Origin: Pseudomonadota bacterium
GTDB lineage: Bacteria > Myxococcota > JACRCW01 > JAFGSX01
Assembly (NCBI GenBank): GCA_043821645.1
Contig: JBDRCO010000049.1
Location: 12,751-76,750 of the forward strand
DNA: 64,000 nt
Direction of reading: 5' to 3'
Shown: piece after piece, positions 26,502 to 35,873 of the stretch
Position numbering within the stretch: the first letter of the stretch is position 1
Layout of the letters: each line of letters begins with the position of its first letter
The notes under the pieces: model-generated
The model's input: only the letters and a program-made list of their open reading frames with translations
The model's database searches: none
Told to the model about the DNA's origin: nothing
Translations under genes and position numbers: made by a program

Positions 26502-27928
26502 GGTCACCCTTGACAGGCCGGACCTGGCTGCTCGCGTTGCTGGTCACGGTCGCGACGGGCGCCCTGGCATGCCACACCGCGGCCCCTCGATCAGGCGCCA
26601 CGCGGGATGCCTACCCCCGCTACGGCGTGCAGCAGCTCGAGCTGGTGGTGCTCGCGGTGAGCGGGCCAGAAGTGGGTTCCGACGACAAGATGCAGCTGAA
26701 CCGAGCGCCGCCTCCGCTGCTGCATCGCGAGGCGCTCATCGAACCCGCGGTGCCGCAGGCTGCGGAACTGTCCCGTGCCTACGCCAGCTCCCTGGCCTCG
26801 GATCTGGTGCAGGCAGGCTTCGAGGTGCGGGTGGTCAAGGCCGGGCGGACGCTGTCCGAGCAGCTGGCCCGGGCGCGCGAGAGGGGAGCCGACGCGGTCC
26901 TGCTGGTGCGCTACCGCTGGGTGGACCAGATCATTCTGGGGCGCACGCTGCGCGTCCGCGTGCCCGTGCACCAGGGGCGCTCCGACACCCGCGCACTCAC
27001 CAGTTCCGAGCTGGAGGTGGATGCTCCCGAACAGCACGCCGCCCTGCTGTTGCTGTCCGCGGTCCAGCTCGTCGACGCTGCGAGTGGTCTGCTTCTGTTT
27101 CGTGGTCCCGATCTCGACCTGGAGCCCGGGGATGTCGTGCGACCCGGGAGTTCCGTCTTGTCCTGGGGCCTGGTGGCTGAGCAGGACGAGGTCACGACCC
27201 TGGATGGCGTGGAGGCCGCGCGTCGGGCTGCGTCCCTGGCCGTGGGCGGGCTCCGCCCCAGCCCCTGGCGCCGAGGGGTGGACGAGAACAGGGCGCGTGA
27301 GCTGGCGCAGCTCGAGCCTGTCGAATCTCGCATGGCCTGGAATCCAGCTCTGGTGCTGGGCCTGGGTCTCGTGCGCTTCCCGGTAGCTGTGGACCTGGGG
27401 CCGGCAACCGCGACCCTCGACGCAAACACCCTGCGTAAGCAGATCCTGGTGGCGGATCAGCCAGTGCAGAGTCTCGCCCTGGGCGGTGGATTCGAGCTGG
27501 GCTTCCGCGACGAACGCCTGCTTGCCCTGGCTCTGCTTCGGGAGAGCTATGTGCCCGTTGCCTCGGCGCGGACCTACGTACGCACCGACGAGGATACGGC
27601 GCGCGCCTTCAGGATCCGGGTGGGGCCCCTGCACGACCTGTCGCTGGATCTGATGGCGGGCCAGCAGCGTCTGCTCGCACCCTGGCTCGGGTTGCGTGCT
27701 GCCGCCGGACCCTCGTTTCACCTGCACCTGATCGAGGGATCTGTGCCTCCGGGCACCACCCTCGGCGATCTCAACCTCGCCCTGGGTGGGGCGGCCATGG
27801 TCGAGCCCTTCGTGGTGCTGGGAGCCTTCGAGCTGGGTCTGCGGCTGCAATCCGGTGTGGCCTACGACCTGGCCGGCGGTGTGCTGGGGAGTGGTATGCT
27901 GCTGTTGCGTGCAGGGTTGAGCTGGTAG
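26498..27928 (+). CDS. lipoprotein with periplasmic alpha/beta domain and probable C-terminal beta-barrel
   Basis: GTGA overlap with the upstream stop; ALAC lipobox; amphipathic strands ending RAGLSW. Confidence 0.7.
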   Translation: MRSPLTGRTWLLALLVTVATGALACHTAAPRSGATRDAYPRYGVQQLELVVLAVSGPEVGSDDKMQLNRAPPPLLHREALIEPAVPQAAELSRAYASSLASDLVQAGFEVRVVKAGRTLSEQLARARERGADAVLLVRYRWVDQIILGRTLRVRVPVHQGRSDTRALTSSELEVDAPEQHAALLLLSAVQLVDAASGLLLFRGPDLDLEPGDVVRPGSSVLSWGLVAEQDEVTTLDGVEAARRAASLAVGGLRPSPWRRGVDENRARELAQLEPVESRMAWNPALVLGLGLVRFPVAVDLGPATATLDANTLRKQILVADQPVQSLALGGGFELGFRDERLLALALLRESYVPVASARTYVRTDEDTARAFRIRVGPLHDLSLDLMAGQQRLLAPWLGLRAAAGPSFHLHLIEGSVPPGTTLGDLNLALGGAAMVEPFVVLGAFELGLRLQSGVAYDLAGGVLGSGMLLLRAGLSW

Positions 27929-27956
27929 GTCCTCACTGTTCGAGGGGAGGGCTCCT

Positions 27957-29018
27957 TCACGGATACCAGACGATCCGTTCCGACAGGCTCACGCTGGGAG
28001 GGGTGAGCACCGCGGGCGAAGCCTCGAGGGTCTCCACGCGCAGGGTGCAGTCCCGGGAGTACAGGTGCACGTACAGGGGCACACCCACGCTGGCCTGCAG
28101 CGTGGCATCGGCGGTGACCACGTCGTCGACGGAGAAGCGCACGCGATCACCCAGCAGCATCACGCCGTAGCGGTGCGGGCTACCGTCGGAGAAGAAGGCG
28201 TCGCCCACCTCCTCGACGGGGGACATGGATCCGGCCTGCACCTCGTGTTTGACCTCGGTGGTGCCGGTGCTGGTGAACAGGGCGTAGGGTGGGGTCAGGC
28301 TCTGAGGCTGAGCGCCCGCGCTGAGACCGATGCCCCAGTCCAGACATTCCGCCCCGGCCAGCTGGGCGTCGACACGCACGACACTGCCCTCGAAGGTGGT
28401 CTGGGTGACCAGCCAGGCGCCGGGTCTGAGGAGGGCCTGATTGCCGTTGAGGTCCACCGTGCCGTCGACGCGGAAATTCTCGGTGGAGAGCTCGGTTGCG
28501 GTGAAGGGCTCCAAAAAGGAAAAGACCTCCGCAGGATCGCTGTACACCGGGGCCAGGCTGGAGTCGCCGCCGACGTAGAGCCACAGGGAGCCCAGGGTCG
28601 TGCCTGGTGCAATGTCCGCCGGGAAGCGAAACACAAAAGCATAGGCCTCACCGCGCGGATCGCGCATGGCCACCGCGCGGGTCTGCTCTCCTCCGGGCGC
28701 GGCGAGGATCAGGGCCGGACCGAAGCCCGTCTGCTCGACGGTGAGTGCGCCCTGAGGGCCCACCAGCAGCTCGCCCAGAGCCGCGGCGGGCACCGCGCTG
28801 TCGCCGGTGTTGCGGACCAGAACCTGGTACCGGGCCGTGTATTGCTCGTTCCACCAGCCTGGTGGCGCACAGTATCCCACCTGGCAGTGCCAGCCAGGCT
28901 TGCACGCCTTGTCGTCGACACAGCTCGCATAGCCCTGGTCCTGAATGCCAGGCGCGAACAGACAGTGCGCGCTGCCCAGGGAGAGCAGGGCGGCGAGGCA
29001 GCGTGCGATCCGGGTCAC
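27957..29018 (-). CDS. secreted protein with Cys module and DUF2341-like / beta-sandwich domain
   Basis: Signal ending SAHC; CVDDKACKPGWHCQVGYC; WWNEQYTARYQVLVRN; LWLYVG. Confidence 0.75.
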   Translation of the reverse strand: MTRIARCLAALLSLGSAHCLFAPGIQDQGYASCVDDKACKPGWHCQVGYCAPPGWWNEQYTARYQVLVRNTGDSAVPAAALGELLVGPQGALTVEQTGFGPALILAAPGGEQTRAVAMRDPRGEAYAFVFRFPADIAPGTTLGSLWLYVGGDSSLAPVYSDPAEVFSFLEPFTATELSTENFRVDGTVDLNGNQALLRPGAWLVTQTTFEGSVVRVDAQLAGAECLDWGIGLSAGAQPQSLTPPYALFTSTGTTEVKHEVQAGSMSPVEEVGDAFFSDGSPHRYGVMLLGDRVRFSVDDVVTADATLQASVGVPLYVHLYSRDCTLRVETLEASPAVLTPPSVSLSERIVWYP

Positions 29019-30241
29019 AGGTCCCCCTCCGGCAGTGCGTCGCCATCCGGCAGCTCGGGCCCCCCCGCAGCGGGAGGGGGTTCGAGGTCCTCAGGTGGTG
29101 CCAGGGATGGCGGCTGCTCGGTCTCGGGCTCGCTGCGGTTCTCGGGCGGGGCGGTGACCGTGTTGTCCCACTCCTCGACCTCGACAGCAGGCTGTGGCGG
29201 CCCAGGTGCCGGTGCTGGCTCGGCGCCGGGCACCAGGATGTCCCACAATCCCAGGGTGGTGCCCGCGGCTGTGGTGACGAGGCCCGCGCCGTAGAGCACG
29301 TTGGCCAGTACCGAGAACAGCCGACCCTGCTCGACCAGCTGCTGGTCGCGAGGGAACACCAGCACCTGGCCACTGGCGCGGCGCTCCACCTCGGCCGACT
29401 GCAGCAGCACCATCACGCCGCTGGCGATGCCTGCGATGACCAGGGCGCCACCCGCGCCGGTGATCACCCAGGACCAGGGTCCCAGGCCCGGCCGCCAGGG
29501 ACCTGGTGGTAACTCCGCCTTCTCCAGTTCCTGGATCTCCTCAGCGCTGACGTCGGTGCGCCGCAACAAGGCAGCCTGCACCGTGGATTCCTGTGCAAAG
29601 CGCACCTCGACGACCTGCTCGTAGGGCTCATAGCCCACACGGTCCACGGTCACCGTGCGCGTGCCCTCGCGGATACCGTCGAGCGCACTGGTCAGAGGTG
29701 TGCTCCCCAGGGTCCGTCCGTCGACACGAACCCGCGCGCCATCCACGTTGCAGGTCACGCGCAGCGAGCCGGTCAGCCGCTCGGGGGTCAGGGTCCCCAG
29801 CACCGCGCGGTGCACACCCGCACGCAGGCCGTCGTCACCACCGCGCAGCGGTTCCAGCACCTCTCGCCGCTCACTCGCCCGTGCCACGTCGAGCAAGCGC
29901 AGGTGCAGCTCCAGGCCGTCGTTGCTCCGATTCATGCGGCCAAACAGCGCCAGGTCGGCTCCCCGCTTGTCCGCAGCGCGTGCCAGGCAGGCGGGTTCCT
30001 GGTGCCGACACTTCTTGAGCAGGGCCTTGACCCGGGCGTTGACGGGGAGCACGCGAAAGCCGTCGAGGGCAGCTATCTCGTCCTCGATCAGGGCGGTCAC
30101 ACCCTCGGCCACCTTGTGCTCGACCTGGTCCGAGATCAGGGGCAGCACCACCACGGCCACGTCGTCGGCCGCTCTGGAGGCTGGGGAGACGGCCAGGCCC
30201 AGCATGAGCGCGGCACCCGCTGACAGCAGTCCCCGTATCAT
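29015..30241 (-). CDS. PEGA domain protein
   Basis: ATG at 30241 overlaps the lgt stop; signal peptide; PEGA motif GSLRVTCNVDGARVRVDG..LGSTP...GYEP; C-terminal hydrophobic hairpin and Pro/Glu tail. Confidence 0.85.
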   Translation of the reverse strand: MIRGLLSAGAALMLGLAVSPASRAADDVAVVVLPLISDQVEHKVAEGVTALIEDEIAALDGFRVLPVNARVKALLKKCRHQEPACLARAADKRGADLALFGRMNRSNDGLELHLRLLDVARASERREVLEPLRGGDDGLRAGVHRAVLGTLTPERLTGSLRVTCNVDGARVRVDGRTLGSTPLTSALDGIREGTRTVTVDRVGYEPYEQVVEVRFAQESTVQAALLRRTDVSAEEIQELEKAELPPGPWRPGLGPWSWVITGAGGALVIAGIASGVMVLLQSAEVERRASGQVLVFPRDQQLVEQGRLFSVLANVLYGAGLVTTAAGTTLGLWDILVPGAEPAPAPGPPQPAVEVEEWDNTVTAPPENRSEPETEQPPSLAPPEDLEPPPAAGGPELPDGDALPEGDL

Positions 30242-31089
30242 CGTGCAGCGACCTCTTGGGCGATGTCGGGGCGCGTCCGGGTCCTGGCATCGCGAGAGGG
30301 GCTGACGTACCACAGGAGCACGCCGCCCGCGACCATGGACAGCAGGGCCAGAGCCTGTGAACTCGAGAACAGCCCATCGAACCACACGCCACGCTCGAGG
30401 TCGCCACGCCAGAACTCCAGCGCAAAACGGATGCCGCCGCTGAGGACGAGGAATCGCGCGCTGCTGAGGCCTGCATGCGCGAGGCCACGACGCTGCAGCA
30501 GCAGCGTGACGCCGAGTCCCAGATCCAGGACGGCTTCGTAGAGTTGGGTCGGGTGCACGGGACCTAGCCCGGCACCCGGGCCTGCCCCGAAGCTCACTGC
30601 CCAGGGCAGATCCGTTGCGGCACCGTGACAGCATCCCGCAAGGAAACAGCCGAGGCGGCCAGTAGCCATGCCAAAAGGAAGCACCAGCACCAGCAGGTCC
30701 GCGAGGGGCCACAGGGGTTGGCGCAGGGCCCGCGCCAGCAGGACCACGCCAAGCGCCGCAAGCAGCAGACCCGGGTACCAGACGTAGCCTCCGTCGAGCA
30801 GGTGGGTCCAGTGCCAGGGATCGGCGGCCAGGAGATCGCCCACACCCGTCGTGACGCGACCATCGTCGAGGAGGTGGCCCGGGGCCTCGAGCAGGCAGTG
30901 GCCGAGCTTGGCGCCAAGCACGCCGAACACGGCGGCAAGCGCGCAGAACAGGCCCAGTCTGCGCCGGGAGAGGTCGATCCGGTCTCTCAACCAGAAGGCC
31001 AGGCCGCAGGATAGCGCCATGGCGAGCACCAGCAGGACGTGCCAGCTGGACGCGGCGTGATCTCCAAAGCTCAGCAAGACCGGATACAT
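30238..31089 (-). CDS. lgt: prolipoprotein diacylglyceryl transferase
   Basis: MYPVL start, GRLGCFLAGCCHG, HPTQLYE, RFALEFWRGD, SSSQ. Confidence 0.88.
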   Translation of the reverse strand: MYPVLLSFGDHAASSWHVLLVLAMALSCGLAFWLRDRIDLSRRRLGLFCALAAVFGVLGAKLGHCLLEAPGHLLDDGRVTTGVGDLLAADPWHWTHLLDGGYVWYPGLLLAALGVVLLARALRQPLWPLADLLVLVLPFGMATGRLGCFLAGCCHGAATDLPWAVSFGAGPGAGLGPVHPTQLYEAVLDLGLGVTLLLQRRGLAHAGLSSARFLVLSGGIRFALEFWRGDLERGVWFDGLFSSSQALALLSMVAGGVLLWYVSPSRDARTRTRPDIAQEVAAR

Positions 31090-31221
31090 GAAGCAAGGGT
31101 AGGAGAGCGCCGACGCACTCGCAAGCCGCGCGCCATGGGGCAGCGTGCAATACATCCGCGACAGCCATGCAGCGCCGATAATAGTGTTCTGTGGCTGGTG
31201 CGCGATATATGAGAGGGCGGG

Positions 31222-32142
31222 GTGCGGGGGCCAGGAGCGAGCACCATCTTGAAAAGAAGCGATCCGAGCCTGGAACCCCTATCTCGCCGCGCAACCTGGG
31301 CACTGATCCTGGGGCCGGTGGCGATTCTGCTCGCTGGCCTGCTCGCCGTTTACGCGATCTCTGGTCCCGCAGCCGTGGCCTTCGTGTTTGGCATGGCGAG
31401 TGTGTCCGTGCTGACCGGTGCCGGAAAGTTCGTTGTGTTGGCCGCGTTGACTCCGGGCGCGCCCGTGGGTCCTCTTGGACTGGCGCTCCTGGTCATTGCC
31501 ATGGACACCACGGCGGCCTTCATGCTGGTGCCCATCATGCCCCTGGTCTACCGGGCACCGGTGGTGGGCAAGTACCTGAACCAGGTGCGGCAGGCCAGCC
31601 GCGAGGTGCTCAAGCGCAACCGCTGGATGCGTCGTTTCACCTTTGGTGGACTGGTTGCCTATGTGGCCGTGCCTTTCGGTGGCACCGGAGCCGTGGGAGC
31701 GGTCTTCCTCGGGCGCCTGCTCGGGCTTGGTCGTGTACCCATCATCGCGGGGACCTTCATCGGCGCGGTCATCGGGGCGCTGTCGATCTTCGGTGTGGCG
31801 GCCCTTGGCGAGGAGTATGTCGACGCGCTGCGGGACAATCCCTACATCGCCCTCGGCGCCCTCGCGGTCGTGCTGCTGGCGGGCGGTCTGCTGCTGTGGC
31901 GCTTCCTGCGCGTGCTGCGCAGTGGTGGCTCCGCTCGCAGCGAGCGCATGGGCTCGCCCTCTCGACTCTCGACAGAAGTCCCCGGCAGCGCCAGAGCTAC
32001 GACCGGCGGCAATGGCAACGGCAATGGCCACGGGCGGACAGGGCAGAGCGAGGCCCCGGCGACCAAGCGCGAGGCCCGCTCCCCAGTTCTGGCGGTGATG
32101 GATGTGCGCGAGCCGCCCACGGATCGGGGCGCGCTGCAGTAA
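31222..32142 (+). CDS. small multi-drug export family membrane protein
   Basis: Multiple TM helices; VAVPFGGTGA motif; start may be TTG at 31249. Confidence 0.65.
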   Translation: MRGPGASTILKRSDPSLEPLSRRATWALILGPVAILLAGLLAVYAISGPAAVAFVFGMASVSVLTGAGKFVVLAALTPGAPVGPLGLALLVIAMDTTAAFMLVPIMPLVYRAPVVGKYLNQVRQASREVLKRNRWMRRFTFGGLVAYVAVPFGGTGAVGAVFLGRLLGLGRVPIIAGTFIGAVIGALSIFGVAALGEEYVDALRDNPYIALGALAVVLLAGGLLLWRFLRVLRSGGSARSERMGSPSRLSTEVPGSARATTGGNGNGNGHGRTGQSEAPATKREARSPVLAVMDVREPPTDRGALQ

Positions 32143-32148
32143 TACGAT

Positions 32149-33114
32149 CTAGCCCCGGGCCTTCTTGATCTCCTCGACCAGCTCGGGCACGGCCTTGAAC
32201 AGGTCGGCCACCAGGCCGTAGTCGGCGACGCTGAAGATCGGCGCCTCCTCGTCCTTGTTGATGGCCACGATCACCTTCGAGCCCTTCATGCCGGCCACGT
32301 GCTGGATGGCGCCGGAAAGACCCACTGCGAAGTACAGGTCGGGTGCCACCACCTTGCCTGTCTGTCCCACCTGCAGGTCGTTGGACAGCCAGCCCGCGTC
32401 GACCACCGCGCGGGTGGCGCCGATGGCGGCCTTGAACAGGTCGGCCAGGGGCTCGAGCAAGTTCTTGAATCCCTCAGGTCCCTTGAGTCCGCGGCCACCC
32501 GAAACCACGCAGTTGGCCTCGCTCAGGTCCGGTCGCTCGCTCTTGACCTCGTCAAAGCGCACGAAGCGCATCTTGCTTGTGCCGGGATCCGCGGCAAAGG
32601 CCTGCACTTCGGCAGCGCCGGCCGCAGGTTCGGCGGGCGCGAACTCGGTGCCGCGCACGCTCACCACCTGCACGGCGGTGGTCAGCTCGACAGTGCCAAT
32701 GACGCTGCCGGCCCACATCGGCCGCTTGTAGGTCTTGGCGTCGACGATCTGCACGATGTCCGAGGCCATGGCCGCGTCGAGGCGGGCAGCCACGCGGGGC
32801 AGCAGATCTTTGCCGGTGGCGGTCGCCGGGCCCACGATGTGGCTCGCTCCAACACTCTTGGCGATGTCGGCCACCACCTTGGCAAAGGGCTGGGCCAGGT
32901 AGTGCGCCAGGCCCTCATGCTCGGCAGTGTGGATCTTGGACGGGCCAAAGGTCTTGGCCTCCTCGACGGCCTTGGGGGCGCCCGCCCCCAGGATGGCGAA
33001 CTGCACCTCACCACCCGCATGCTTGGCGAGCTCGCGGGCGGCGCTGATGGCAGGGCGATTGGTCTTCTTGAACACACCGCTGGCATGCTCGATGACGACG
33101 AGAATAGTTCCCAT
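32149..33114 (-). CDS. etfA: electron transfer flavoprotein alpha subunit
   Basis: [41 protein letters not shown]. Confidence 0.97.
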   Translation of the reverse strand: MGTILVVIEHASGVFKKTNRPAISAARELAKHAGGEVQFAILGAGAPKAVEEAKTFGPSKIHTAEHEGLAHYLAQPFAKVVADIAKSVGASHIVGPATATGKDLLPRVAARLDAAMASDIVQIVDAKTYKRPMWAGSVIGTVELTTAVQVVSVRGTEFAPAEPAAGAAEVQAFAADPGTSKMRFVRFDEVKSERPDLSEANCVVSGGRGLKGPEGFKNLLEPLADLFKAAIGATRAVVDAGWLSNDLQVGQTGKVVAPDLYFAVGLSGAIQHVAGMKGSKVIVAINKDEEAPIFSVADYGLVADLFKAVPELVEEIKKARG

Positions 33115-33195
33115 GCTAGCCTCTGCAGGGACCCGCGGGTCCCGGTGCGCGTGCGCGACGAGCCCGGGGCCCGGCGCACGCGGTGAAGGTCCGTG

Positions 33196-33939
33196 TTACA
33201 GCGCCTTGGCCTCGTCCCGGAGCTTCTGCACCAGGGTCGCAACGTCGGGCACGCGCACGCCGGCCTTGCGCGTCGGCGGCTCCTCGAAACCCTTGATCAC
33301 GATGCGCGGCGTCACGTCGACGCCGAGAGCTGCCGGGGTGGTCTCCTCGAGGGGCTTCTTCTTTGCCTTCATGATGCCGGGCAGCGAGGCGTAGCGAGGC
33401 TCGTTGAGGCGCAGGTCCGCGGTGATGACCGCGGGCAGGTCCAGCTCGACCACGTCGACGCCGCCATCGGCCTCACGCTCGACCGTGGCCTTGGCGCCCG
33501 CGACCTCGACCTTGCTGGCAAAACAGGCCTGGCCCCAGCCCAGGCTCTCGGCCACCAGCTGGCCCACCTGCGCCGAGTCGTCGTCGATGGCCTGCTTGCC
33601 CAGGAGCACCAGATCGGGGCTTTCCTTCTCGATGATCTTGAGAATCACCCGCGCCACAGCGGCCGGATCCAGGCCCACGGCCTCGACCAGGATGCCGCGG
33701 TCGCCGCCCATGGCCAGGGCTGCGCGGATCTGCTGGGTGGCGTCCTTGGGGCCGATGGACAGCACCACCACCTCGCCGCTGGCCTTCTCCTTGATCCGCA
33801 GCGCCTCCTCGACGGCAATCTCGTCGAAGGGGTTGGGGATCATCTTGATGCCGTCGGTGACGATGCCCGTCTTGTCGGGCTTGACCTTGATCTTGGCCTC
33901 GTAGTCCGTGACCTGCTTGACGGTGACGAGTATCTTCAC
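33196..33939 (-). CDS. etfB: electron transfer flavoprotein beta subunit
   Basis: GTG behind AGGAGG; KILVTVKQV, NPFDEIAVEEA, GKQAIDDD, LNEPRYASL. Confidence 0.97.
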   Translation of the reverse strand: MKILVTVKQVTDYEAKIKVKPDKTGIVTDGIKMIPNPFDEIAVEEALRIKEKASGEVVVLSIGPKDATQQIRAALAMGGDRGILVEAVGLDPAAVARVILKIIEKESPDLVLLGKQAIDDDSAQVGQLVAESLGWGQACFASKVEVAGAKATVEREADGGVDVVELDLPAVITADLRLNEPRYASLPGIMKAKKKPLEETTPAALGVDVTPRIVIKGFEEPPTRKAGVRVPDVATLVQKLRDEAKAL

Positions 33940-34084
33940 GCTCTCCTCCTGGTTCGCGGGGCTCCGGAGTTCATGCACTCTGCAAGACCCGGCGGCTATG
34001 GTGCGGACGGGCGGACCCGCCTGGAAGGCGATTCTGGCGTCGCGCCGGATGATGAGGTGCGCGCCCGATCGCCGAGCCGCGCCG

Positions 34085-34113
34085 AGTAAATCGAGGCCAA
34101 CGCGGGGTGTCAA
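34085..34113 (-). promoter_or_regulatory. sigma70-type promoter for etfBA
   Basis: Minus strand TTGACA-17 bp-TTTACT. Confidence 0.6.
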
Positions 34114-34161
34114 GCTGGCTGACGCTCTGCGTTATGGGGCCTCGGCAGTCCGCTTTTGGTC

Positions 34162-34851
34162 CTAGAAGGGCAGGTCCAGGGCCGAGGTCAGGAAACGCGT
34201 CAGGGGCGCGCAGGCCTTGAACGTCGCGGCCACCTCGTCGAGGAACCCAGGCTGGCAGGCCTGCTTCTCACTGAAGCCGGCGTGGGCAAAGAAATCCTTG
34301 CGCTTGAGGTCGTCGATCAGGGGGTGATCCGGGTCCACGCCGCGCGGCGGCCGCTTGAGGCTGTCTCCGCCGAGTTCCAGAGTGCGCGTGAAGGCAGCGC
34401 TGCGGGTGATCTTTTTCCACTCGGCAGGCCTGGCCTCGATGGCGCCGCGAATGGCGGCCAGCGCCTGGCCATCGGGGTGGTAAATGCCGGCTCCCGCAAA
34501 CACGCTGCCTGGCTCCAGGTGCAGGTAGAACCCTGGCGCGTGCACGTCGCGACCCGCCTGGTGCCTGAACTGCATCCCGACATGGGTCTTGTACGGGCGC
34601 TTGTCCTTGCCAAAGCGCGTATCGCGGTGAATGCGGAACATCGAACCACCCTGGGGCCTGGCGTCGGCCACGAAGGCCTTGCTGATGCGCGCCAGGCGCG
34701 GCGCGAAATCCTCGATGAAGCGCAGGGTGGGATCCCGCAGGTCCCGCAGGTAGCGCTCCTTGTTGGCTTCGAACCAGGGGCGCTCGTTGCTGACCTCGAG
34801 CTCGCGCAAGAAGGCAAAAAGTTTCGGGGTAAAAAAACTCTGACCTGGCAT
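34162..34851 (-). CDS. DUF2461 / TIGR02453 family protein
   Basis: N.R.WFEANKERY, FRIHRDTRFGKDKRPYKT, FYLHLEP, LKRPPRG. Confidence 0.9.
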   Translation of the reverse strand: MPGQSFFTPKLFAFLRELEVSNERPWFEANKERYLRDLRDPTLRFIEDFAPRLARISKAFVADARPQGGSMFRIHRDTRFGKDKRPYKTHVGMQFRHQAGRDVHAPGFYLHLEPGSVFAGAGIYHPDGQALAAIRGAIEARPAEWKKITRSAAFTRTLELGGDSLKRPPRGVDPDHPLIDDLKRKDFFAHAGFSEKQACQPGFLDEVAATFKACAPLTRFLTSALDLPF

Positions 34852-35027
34852 GGCTTCCTCGTCGACAGTTCCGGCAGCAGGTGATGCTTCCATCTAAATT
34901 TGCGGCGCACATCTCGCAAGTCCCGGCACGCGATTCGGGATACCCACCTTGACAAGTCAGGGACCCCTTCGCTAGCTATCAGCTCCCCAAGTCGGATCCA
35001 GCTGTCTGGGTCCCCAGTGCAGGTTCG

Positions 35028-35873
35028 ATGTCACAGGATTCCGCGGCGGCGGCCGCACGTACCGCCATCGAGAAGCGACGCGTGGATCTCGACGCGCTCC
35101 CGGCGGAACTGCGCATGGCATTTCGCGAGGATCCCGCCGTGGCCATGGCCCTGCGTGCGCGCGAGCTGGATGTCGAGAATGCGCCCGAGCCCACGGCCCA
35201 GGGCACACAGATCTGCGCATTCTTCGACATCGACGGCACCTTGATCCACGGCTCGATCGTCGGTCACCTGGTGCGGCAGGCTCTTGCCGACGGGCGCATC
35301 GGACTCTTCTCCATCGTCATTTTTGGGATCTTTTTGCTGCTGTACAAGGTCAACCTGATCCCACGGCGGCGCATGTATCGCTGGGGCTACGGACTGGGCG
35401 CCGGGCTGTCTCTGGCCGAATCCACCGACTTCGTGCGGCGGACCATCGACGAGCGCATCCTGACAGAGGTGTTCGCCGGCGCGCGCGAACTCATCGAACG
35501 GCACCGTAGCCAGGGACACCGCCTGGTCGCCGTCACCGGAGCGCCCGACTATGCCGCGGCGCACGTGGCGAACGCCCTTGGTTTCGACGATGTCCTGGCG
35601 ACACCCACACCCATCGAGGGCGCGAGCCTGGGCCGTGAGCTGGCTGGACCGCTGTGTTACGGTGACGGCAAGATTCCCTACGTCCACGCCTATGCTGCCA
35701 AGCACGGCGTGGATCTTGTCTCCAGCACCTTTTACAGCGACAGCCGCTCGGATCTGCCCCTGCTTGATCGCATCGGCCATCCGGTGTGTGTGAATCCGCA
35801 GCTCCTGCTCAGGCTGGTGGCCTGGCGCCGCGGCTGGCCCATCCTCACCTTGCACCGGGGAGAACGACGATGA
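35028..35873 (+). CDS. HAD-IB family hydrolase
   Basis: AFFDIDGT motif I, CYGDGK, FYSDSRSDLPLL, VNP. Confidence 0.9.
   Translation: MSQDSAAAAARTAIEKRRVDLDALPAELRMAFREDPAVAMALRARELDVENAPEPTAQGTQICAFFDIDGTLIHGSIVGHLVRQALADGRIGLFSIVIFGIFLLLYKVNLIPRRRMYRWGYGLGAGLSLAESTDFVRRTIDERILTEVFAGARELIERHRSQGHRLVAVTGAPDYAAAHVANALGFDDVLATPTPIEGASLGRELAGPLCYGDGKIPYVHAYAAKHGVDLVSSTFYSDSRSDLPLLDRIGHPVCVNPQLLLRLVAWRRGWPILTLHRGERR

Noticed and set aside
30242..31303. N-terminal extension of the PEGA ORF
   Set aside because: Overlaps lgt in another frame; the real start is ATG 30241 with RBS and signal peptide
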